Shown piece after piece: positions 26,843 to 33,195 of a DNA stretch of 45,534 nt (its first letter is position 1; each line of letters begins with the position of its first letter). The position numbers and the translations under genes are program-made. Below the pieces are notes generated by a model that was not told the DNA's origin, made no database searches, and saw only the letters and a list, made by a program, of their open reading frames with translations. Source of the DNA: a virus; the IMG/VR virus record IMGVR_UViG_3300020058_000046; one strand, written 5' to 3'.

Positions 26843-27089
26843 ACTATCAGGTACAGTACCGATACAGTCATATACGCAGTTTCGATTCTAAGCCGTCTTA
26901 GCGGTCGCACAGTCGGCTTCAATTTTCGCCGACCCATACCACCTATTCTTTTTTCAAACGGATTCGGCAAGTTCGGACCCTGTACTTACTGATATCGGGC
27001 GTTTCGGCAAAATACACGGGTATTTAAAGGCACCCGCCGATATCACCCTGTATCATAATACCGAAACAAAACGCGTCGGTTCCGGTGTC
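26843..27089. repeat. Long intergenic repeat, copy B (paralog of 5152..5400)
   Basis: See copy A. Contains GCGTTTTGTTT, CCTTTAAATACCC, and a conserved stem GTCGG-N12-CCGAC whose loop differs between the copies. Confidence 0.85.
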
Positions 27090-27237
27090 GACCCTGTCTG
27101 CACAGTCGGCGTCACAGTCGCCGTCAGAAACGGCACAGTCGGTCGTGTGACCGTCGCAGTCGTACGTGCCCGATTGGTCGCAGTCACAGACGAACCGTCG
27201 CGTGCCGTACACCGTCGACCCTGACGACCCTGCCGCG
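27090..27237. repeat. Phased-repeat boundary element, copy 3
   Basis: Begins at the TGA of 27238..28041. Minus strand has GACTGCGAC-N15-GACTGCGAC-N12-GACTGTGCC-N12-GACTGTGAC-N3-GACTGTGCA. Confidence 0.9.
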
Positions 27238-28041
27238 TCAGTCGCCGTCGTCTTCGTCGCCGTCTTCGTCGGTCGGTGGTTCGGTCACCTGTACGTGCGT
27301 GATATCGACTTCGGTGACACCGTCGTCGTCGACCGTCACGTCGTGGTCACCGTCGACATTCACGTCGACACCGTCTGATATCTTCTTGTACGTGTCTATC
27401 AGGTTCGCAAGGTGGCTTTCCTTGCGTTCGATTGCCTTGTCACCGAACGATACGAACCGTTCACCCGTCGGTTCGAAGTCGCCCGAACGTACGTCGCACG
27501 GCGTCGGGTTACCGTCAGACATATCGAAGCCGGTGCAGACTTCGGGCAACGGTGACGATTCCGACGCCGTGTACGTGTTGCCACACTTCGGGCAACTGTA
27601 CTTGTCGACCCGTTCGGCTTCGGGTATCTTGTCGACTGCCCGAACCAACCGGGTGAATTCCCACCCGATTGATTGCTTTAGCATATCTGCCATGTCGTCG
27701 ACCGACAGTAAGTCGCCGTCGTCTGTCTGCACGACCGCGTCGAAGACTTCGGCGTCGTCGTCGTTCATTCGTTCGGAATACAACAGGTGTCGGGCGTTTT
27801 GGTTTTGCCACCCTTCTAAGCCACCGACGCCGTGCCCGTTGTGTTTCCTGCAATGCCCGGTCGTACGGTCGGTGCCCCAACCTGCGGCTTGCAGACAAAA
27901 CGCGTAATCCCACCGTTTGTTTCCGTTCACGTCTGTCGCGTCTGTCTTTTCACGACCGCATATCGGATATCCGTTTTCCGGGTGTATCGGTACGCCGTCG
28001 TCGTTCGTCGGTGCGTCAGGGTGTACGTTCGACCATGCCAT
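27238..28041 (-). CDS. HGGxSTG-like Zn-binding protein; possible small terminase subunit, 267 aa
   Basis: ATG at 28041. The N-terminus CGREK..x..CLQAAGWGTDRTTGHCRKHNGHGVGG..WQNQNARHLLYS resembles the C..C..GRC..HGG...G..GN.NA.KHG.YS block seen in some phage TerS-annotated proteins. Middle CPKCG. Acidic tail. Confidence 0.35.
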   Translation of the reverse strand: MAWSNVHPDAPTNDDGVPIHPENGYPICGREKTDATDVNGNKRWDYAFCLQAAGWGTDRTTGHCRKHNGHGVGGLEGWQNQNARHLLYSERMNDDDAEVFDAVVQTDDGDLLSVDDMADMLKQSIGWEFTRLVRAVDKIPEAERVDKYSCPKCGNTYTASESSPLPEVCTGFDMSDGNPTPCDVRSGDFEPTGERFVSFGDKAIERKESHLANLIDTYKKISDGVDVNVDGDHDVTVDDDGVTEVDITHVQVTEPPTDEDGDEDDGD

Positions 28042-28155
28042 ATTACGCACCTGCCGTCTGTGTGTTTTCAGTCATGTTTACGTGTTCGGGCGATTGCCCG
28101 TCGTGTTACTGGTTGGTTCGGCAGGTGCAGGTAAAGTCGTGTCGGCGTCAGACGG

Positions 28156-28230
28156 CAGGTGTCGACCGTGTCGTGTCGACGTGACTGCAAGGGTCGACAC
28201 CGGCAAGAAGGGTCGGCAGGGTGGTCGTCG
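28156..28230. repeat. ~72-bp intergenic repeat, copy 2
   Basis: Paralog of 26003..26074. Follows the stop of 28237..28665. Confidence 0.85.
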
Positions 28231-28236
28231 GTCGGT

Positions 28237-28665
28237 TCAGTCGTCGCAGTCGTGAATCTTCTTGCGGGCACGGGAAACAGACGTGCCGACGGTGCCGCGT
28301 TCGACACCGCGTTCACGGGCACGTTCACCGCCGGTCTTGCCGTCGACTTCGACTGCGAAGTAATCACGTTCTTGCGTTTCGGTGACGTGACTGCCGGCAA
28401 GGTCGTCGAAGTCGTCGAAGGTGCCGACGTACGACTGCGACGTTATTTTTCGGTCGAAGATGTCGAAGCCGTCAGGGAATTCACGCGGCTTTTCCGACCC
28501 GTCGTCGTACGTTTCGGTACCCATGCACGACGGGCAAGCCATAACGTCGGTGCGTTCGAAGTCGTCGGCGTCGTCGAAGACACTAACGAATTCTTGCCTG
28601 CACCGGCGACAGGAAAGCAAGAATGCAAGTCGTGCCCGACTGCCGTGTTCGGCGGTATCACTCAT
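28237..28665 (-). CDS. Zinc-ribbon plus sigma-70 region-4-like HTH regulator, 142 aa
   Basis: ATG at 28665 in the GGSNE linker. The N-terminus has CRRC...CPSC. The C-terminal LAGSHVTETQERDYFAVEVDGKTGGERARERGVERGTVGTSVSRARKKI fits the LT..Q..V......G.s..EIA...gv..gTV.s...RAr.Ki pattern. Confidence 0.6.
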   Translation of the reverse strand: MSDTAEHGSRARLAFLLSCRRCRQEFVSVFDDADDFERTDVMACPSCMGTETYDDGSEKPREFPDGFDIFDRKITSQSYVGTFDDFDDLAGSHVTETQERDYFAVEVDGKTGGERARERGVERGTVGTSVSRARKKIHDCDD

Positions 28666-29020
28666 TCGAACCACCCGGCAGGCATTCAGACGTGTCGTCG
28701 ACCGCGTCGGCGACGGTTCGGCGAATGGTCGACAGGTACGGCGTCTTCGTGAATATCGCAACGGCGTCGAACCTGTCCGACAGACGGTCGACTGCGTACT
28801 GCCGGTCGTCGACTGCCCATGCAAGTGCCGGGTACACGGCACGCGACAAGTCGTCGGCGTCGAATAGGTCGGTCGACGCGTCGAACGCGACTGCGACGAA
28901 TCGGCAGTCGTCACGAAGCCGCGACTGCACGATGTCTTGCGTTTCCTGCCCGAATGCCGACCACACGGTTTCGTCGTCGGCGTCGCGGATTGCGTCGGCA
29001 AGGTCCGATTCCGTCGTCAT
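28658..29020 (-). CDS. Acidic protein, 120 aa, with an MTTES start and a GGSNE end
   Basis: ATGA overlap at 29017-29020. Both termini lie in conserved linker sequences. Confidence 0.7.
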   Translation of the reverse strand: MTTESDLADAIRDADDETVWSAFGQETQDIVQSRLRDDCRFVAVAFDASTDLFDADDLSRAVYPALAWAVDDRQYAVDRLSDRFDAVAIFTKTPYLSTIRRTVADAVDDTSECLPGGSNE

Positions 29021-29232
29021 TGCGAACCACCGTCGTCACGCGGGTCGTCGAAGCCGTCGACGTACGTGACTGCAAGGTCGATAATCTGGTTCGGGTCGTC
29101 GATTGAACCGACTTCGTCGACGATGAATTCGGGCACGTCGTCGTCGCCGGTTAGTGCCTGCATTGCGTCGAACGCGTGTGCTTTCGTCTGTTCGTCGGTT
29201 CCGTCGTCGTCGGCGTCGGTGTGTCGCACCAT
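29017..29232 (-). CDS. MVRH-cassette gene, 71 aa, ending in DPRDDGGSQ
   Basis: ATG at 29232 behind the conserved promoter. Confidence 0.75.
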   Translation of the reverse strand: MVRHTDADDDGTDEQTKAHAFDAMQALTGDDDVPEFIVDEVGSIDDPNQIIDLAVTYVDGFDDPRDDGGSQ

Positions 29233-29285
29233 ACCCGTACTTGCATACCCGTGTATAAAAATGTGTCGTCTTGTACCGGCAGGTG
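29233..29285 (-). promoter_or_regulatory. Conserved promoter cassette, sub-type II
   Basis: Minus strand reads GGTACAAGACGACAC-ATTTTTATACAC-GGGTATGCAAGTACGGGT-ATG. Confidence 0.8.
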
Positions 29286-29286
29286 T

Positions 29287-29634
29287 CTATGCAGTTGCGA
29301 ACAGGATAATCGCAAGGTTCGACCCGGTGATTAGGGCACCGACTGTCGTTAGTGACGCCGGTATCGCCGTTCGATACTTCGTGTTCGCGGTGAAATAGAA
29401 GCCGACTGCGACTGCAAGAACCACCGCTTTCATGCCGACCATTAGCAAGGGTCCGAAGTCGACGATTGTACTGCCGACAGGGTGCGTTTCGGTCACACCG
29501 GGCAGGGATAACCCGACGACTGTTGTGATTACGTCGCCGACGACGAAGGTTAGTGCCGACGCAACCCAAAGCCACCCGTCGGTGTCTGTACTGCGTTCGT
29601 CTAACGCGTCGATTGGATTGGTCACAGTCTGCAC
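29287..29634 (-). CDS. Membrane protein (3-4 TM helices), 115 aa
   Basis: GTG start at 29634. Hydrophobic helices WLWVASALTFVVGDVITTVVGL, LLMVGMKAVVLAVAVGFYF and VGALITGSNLAIILFA. Confidence 0.6.
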   Translation of the reverse strand: MQTVTNPIDALDERSTDTDGWLWVASALTFVVGDVITTVVGLSLPGVTETHPVGSTIVDFGPLLMVGMKAVVLAVAVGFYFTANTKYRTAIPASLTTVGALITGSNLAIILFATA

Positions 29635-29767
29635 GTCGACCGTGTCGAAGATAAGGTCTTGTTGTTCGTCGCCGTTTCCCGTGACGTGTCACGTCGTTCG
29701 ACAGGTACAAACGCCGGCGTTTGTTCGACGATTCGCACGACGACACTTTGTATGCTTGCCGTATGTA

Positions 29768-29935
29768 TCACGTAATCGACCGTACGTCGTTGTCGGCTTC
29801 GCGCAACCGTCGGATACACCGGGCACACAACGGCTTTCGTTTCGGTCGTCGGTCGTCGTCGAAAAAGACTGTGTGAACGGTACTGCGTACGTCGTCGCGT
29901 TCGCACCGAACGCAGGGTCGTGATTCGGTGACCAT
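29768..29935 (-). CDS. Zinc-ribbon protein, 55 aa, below the ORF-track cutoff
   Basis: Hand translation gives MVTESRPCVRCERDDVRSTVHTVFFDDDRRPKRKPLCARCIRRLREADNDVRSIT*. It has CxxC...CxxC like the many other small Zn-ribbon genes here. Confidence 0.4.
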   Translation of the reverse strand: MVTESRPCVRCERDDVRSTVHTVFFDDDRRPKRKPLCARCIRRLREADNDVRSIT

Positions 29936-30033
29936 GACCGTGCCGTCGGTGTCTGCCGTCTTAGTGATTCGCCCGCGTCTGTCGGCGATTGTGTAAACCG
30001 TATGGTGCGATACAAAGTCGGCGTCGTCGGCAG

Positions 30034-33000
30034 TCAGTCGTCAGGGTCGACCGCGTCTTCAACCGTCACGGCTTCGATTCGCGTAATCGTGCGTGGTTCG
30101 TCGAAGTCGGCACCGTGCAGTTGCGGTCGGTATGCGTTCACCTGTCTGTCGTCGGTGTCGCCGGTGGTTCCGACGCGTGTTTCTGTCCATTCGACCGATA
30201 CCATGCAGTCGTCACGAAGCCATCGGAACGACGCCGTGTGTGCCGTCTTCGTTCCGTACTTGTGGTCGGTCGTCGACCGTGCGTGTCGTCTGAATTCGGC
30301 GGTGACCGTGCCTGCGACGGTTCGCAGGTGGTACGCGTCGCCGGATTCGACTGTGACCGTCGTGTCTTCGTTCACGGGTATGTCGACCGATACGTACGGC
30401 GTCGCGGCAGGGTCGACCACGGTGTCGAAGTCGCCGTCGTCGCCGTCGTCGCCGGCACCCTGCCCGCCGTCGGTTCGAACCGCGTGCAGGGTTGCGTCGA
30501 ACGATATGACTGCAAGCCACCCGTCGGTGTCGACGACGGACAGTCGACCGCCGGCATTCCATACTAACTGCTTGCCGTCGGCGTCGGCAAGTTTCACGAT
30601 GTTAGATAGTTCCGTGCCGTCGACCGTCTTGATGTCCGTGTCGGTCACCGTTCCGGCGATTCGACCTTTGCCGTCGTCGCCGGCAATCGGTTCGGCTTGC
30701 ACGACCACGTTGTCACCGCGTTCAAGGTCGTGTGCGTCGACTTCGGTGTCGTCGTCGGTATCCTGCCCGCCGTCGGTTCGAATCCTGCCGTCGCCGGCGT
30801 CACAGTCGTCGTCAGACGCGTCAGACGTGCCGTCAGGGTCGTCGTCGGTGTCGTCGGTGGTTTCGTCACCGTCGTCGACGCGGTCGACGTGCCGTGCAGA
30901 CACGACGATAGACGTGCCGTCGTACGCGACGTGCCCGTCACCGTCGCGGGTCGTGGTCGCAGTCAGTTGTGACCCGTCGACTTCGTCGACCGTTGCCTGC
31001 CCGCCGTCGACGAAGGTGCCCGAATGTTCGTCGGGCACGAACACGGTGTCGCCGGCGGTGATATCGTGGTCGTAATTGTACTTCGGGTCGTCGAAGTCGA
31101 CGCCGGCGTCGGTTAGTTCGTCGACGACCGCGTCTGACGACCGGATTTCAGGCACCGCGAAGTCGCGGTCGTCACCGGCTTCGAACGCGACGAATTCGAT
31201 ATCGCCGATGTACGTGTGATTCCCTGCCGACGACACCGAATGTATCTGTCCGGTCGTAAACTTGTCATTGCCGAACCGGAACGACCCGTCGTGGTCGTCG
31301 GTTTCGAAGACGATTCGGTGCAATTCGCCGTGTGCGTGATTGTACGTCACGTTCGTCACCGTGCCCGACTTCGTCAGGGTCGACGACGAACGGTTCGAAT
31401 CGTACGCGACGAACACCCTGTCGCCGATTGCGATATCGCCGGCGTCGAAGGGCACTTCTTGATACGTACCCAATGACTGCAAGCCGGAACCTGACGTGCC
31501 GGCGGTGACGTGACTGTCGTACGATTCGGCGGTTTCGTACGCGACTGCACCGGGTCGGTCGTCGTTGTAGACTTCGCCCGACGATTCCTGCACGTACCAC
31601 CTGTCGTCGTCGGTTGCGGTGAACCGAACGACACCGTCGGACACCTTCGTCACCGTGCCCGCGACGACGGTGTCGTCGTGATTGCAGTCTTTGCCCGTGA
31701 CGACGATACTGTCGCCGGCTTCGAACCTGCCGTCGAATGCGTCACAGTCGTCGTCAGACGCGTCAGACGCGTCGTCAGGGTCGTCGTCGGCGTCGTGCCC
31801 GCCGTCGGTCACCGGGTCGGCACGTTCGACAGTCAGGTGCCGGTCGTCTGATTCCTGCACGGCGTCGACACCGTCGAAGTGTCGTAACATTGCGTCGCCC
31901 GCGTCGACCGCCGTGTCGTCGCCGGTGAATGACATCGACAATTCGTGTAACTGAACGCCGACGACGCGTTCGTCGGCAGGGTCGACCGCGAAGTGTCCGT
32001 ACCGGGCACCACCTTTCACCGTTCGCAAGTCGACCGCGTCAGTCAGGGTCGACAATGCCGACTGCACTTCGTCGACGACGCCGTACTGTTCGGCGACGAT
32101 TTTGTCAGGTTCGAACCACCCGGCAAGACCCGTTCCGAAGTCGAACGTGGTTCGGTCACCGGAACGGTCGGCGACGAATCTGATTTTGTGCCGGTCGGCG
32201 TCATTCATCGGTTTGTCGACTGCGACTTCGAACGGGTCGGCGTCTTCGTCGCGGGCAGACAAGACACGACGGCACGTTTCCGTCGCCGTGTCTGCCACCG
32301 GAACGAAGACACCGGATTCGACGGATTCGACGAAGTCGTCGATAGTGTCTGCCGAACCGTTGTCGTACCGAACGACCGTGTCGAACGACGCGTCGTCGAC
32401 GGTTTCGACGGTGTAAACCTTGTCGTTGTGAACGCCGACGAACGTGTCGCCCGGCGACGGCATATCGGCGTTGTCGGCGTCGTCGGTGCCGTCGTCGACG
32501 ATGTCGATGTCGTCGACACGACCCAACTGCGTATTGTGTTTGCGTGACGGACCCGTCGACTTGTGCAGAAACACGGGCACGGTGTCGCCGTCGGCACGAA
32601 CGTACCGCGTCGAACCGTCGTAATCGGCGTCGGGTGCCGTCGCGTTCGTTTGCAGTCGGATTCGGGCAGGGGCACCGTCGTCGTCGGTCGTCGTCACGGC
32701 TTCGGTGACCCACACGTCGACCGTCGTGGTTTCGTCGTATTCGTCTTTGTAGTGACGCGACTTGTGTGCGTACGTCACTTCGATTCGGTCACCGGCTTCA
32801 AGACCCTGCACGATGTCGAACGCGTCGGCAAACGGCAGGTGGTCGGTCGTCGATTCGTCGGCGTCGTCGGCGGGCACAAGTTCGATTACGTCGGCGTCTT
32901 TCAGTCTGTACGACAGCGTGCCGTGTGGTTCCGGGTCGACCCATGTGGTGCGACCCGACGCCGAATCGTCTGTCGTCACGCGGTACACGTCTGTCGTGCC

Positions 33001-33195
33001 CGGTATCGGGTCGTGTCGCCGTCTGAACTTGTCTAACGTGTCGGCGTCTGTGTGCCACCGTTTGCCTTGCCGCAAGACGATTAGCGATTCGTCTTCGGGC
33101 AGGTTCGGCAGGATTGCCGCGACGGTTAGGGCAGTACGATACGACAGGGGCACACCGACGCGTAAGTTGTTCCAATCTGTCGGTTTCCGTGTCAT
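30034..33195 (-). CDS. Giant acidic protein with repeated small beta-barrel-like modules, 1053 aa, unknown function
   Basis: ATG at 33195 (ATGA overlap). At least 7 copies of [FL][ED]AGD.[IV].V...G.V..V. Three (R/V)TDGG(Q/H) Asp-rich linkers, two of which follow the SDASDDDCDA segment. No P-loop seen. Confidence 0.8.
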   Translation of the reverse strand: MTRKPTDWNNLRVGVPLSYRTALTVAAILPNLPEDESLIVLRQGKRWHTDADTLDKFRRRHDPIPGTTDVYRVTTDDSASGRTTWVDPEPHGTLSYRLKDADVIELVPADDADESTTDHLPFADAFDIVQGLEAGDRIEVTYAHKSRHYKDEYDETTTVDVWVTEAVTTTDDDGAPARIRLQTNATAPDADYDGSTRYVRADGDTVPVFLHKSTGPSRKHNTQLGRVDDIDIVDDGTDDADNADMPSPGDTFVGVHNDKVYTVETVDDASFDTVVRYDNGSADTIDDFVESVESGVFVPVADTATETCRRVLSARDEDADPFEVAVDKPMNDADRHKIRFVADRSGDRTTFDFGTGLAGWFEPDKIVAEQYGVVDEVQSALSTLTDAVDLRTVKGGARYGHFAVDPADERVVGVQLHELSMSFTGDDTAVDAGDAMLRHFDGVDAVQESDDRHLTVERADPVTDGGHDADDDPDDASDASDDDCDAFDGRFEAGDSIVVTGKDCNHDDTVVAGTVTKVSDGVVRFTATDDDRWYVQESSGEVYNDDRPGAVAYETAESYDSHVTAGTSGSGLQSLGTYQEVPFDAGDIAIGDRVFVAYDSNRSSSTLTKSGTVTNVTYNHAHGELHRIVFETDDHDGSFRFGNDKFTTGQIHSVSSAGNHTYIGDIEFVAFEAGDDRDFAVPEIRSSDAVVDELTDAGVDFDDPKYNYDHDITAGDTVFVPDEHSGTFVDGGQATVDEVDGSQLTATTTRDGDGHVAYDGTSIVVSARHVDRVDDGDETTDDTDDDPDGTSDASDDDCDAGDGRIRTDGGQDTDDDTEVDAHDLERGDNVVVQAEPIAGDDGKGRIAGTVTDTDIKTVDGTELSNIVKLADADGKQLVWNAGGRLSVVDTDGWLAVISFDATLHAVRTDGGQGAGDDGDDGDFDTVVDPAATPYVSVDIPVNEDTTVTVESGDAYHLRTVAGTVTAEFRRHARSTTDHKYGTKTAHTASFRWLRDDCMVSVEWTETRVGTTGDTDDRQVNAYRPQLHGADFDEPRTITRIEAVTVEDAVDPDD

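Noticed and set aside
27024-27212. A small Asp/Cys-rich peptide (…DQSGTYDCDGHTTDCAVSDGDCDADCADRVD…) encoded in the boundary elements, which might be a metal-binding micro-protein.
   Set aside because: Only copies 1 and 3 have any start codon in that frame (GTG in copy 3). In copies 2 and 4 a TGA precedes the segment with no ATG, GTG or TTG after it. Differences between copies are not biased towards synonymous changes. I treat it as a DNA/RNA element.
28043-28075. A 10-codon upstream ORF (MTENTQTAGA*) ending 1 nt before the ATG of the HGGxSTG-like gene.
   Set aside because: The best TATA-like box (GTAAACA, 28076-28082) lies directly upstream of that mini-ORF's ATG. The likely transcription start would then be downstream of the mini-ORF start, and there is no independent support.
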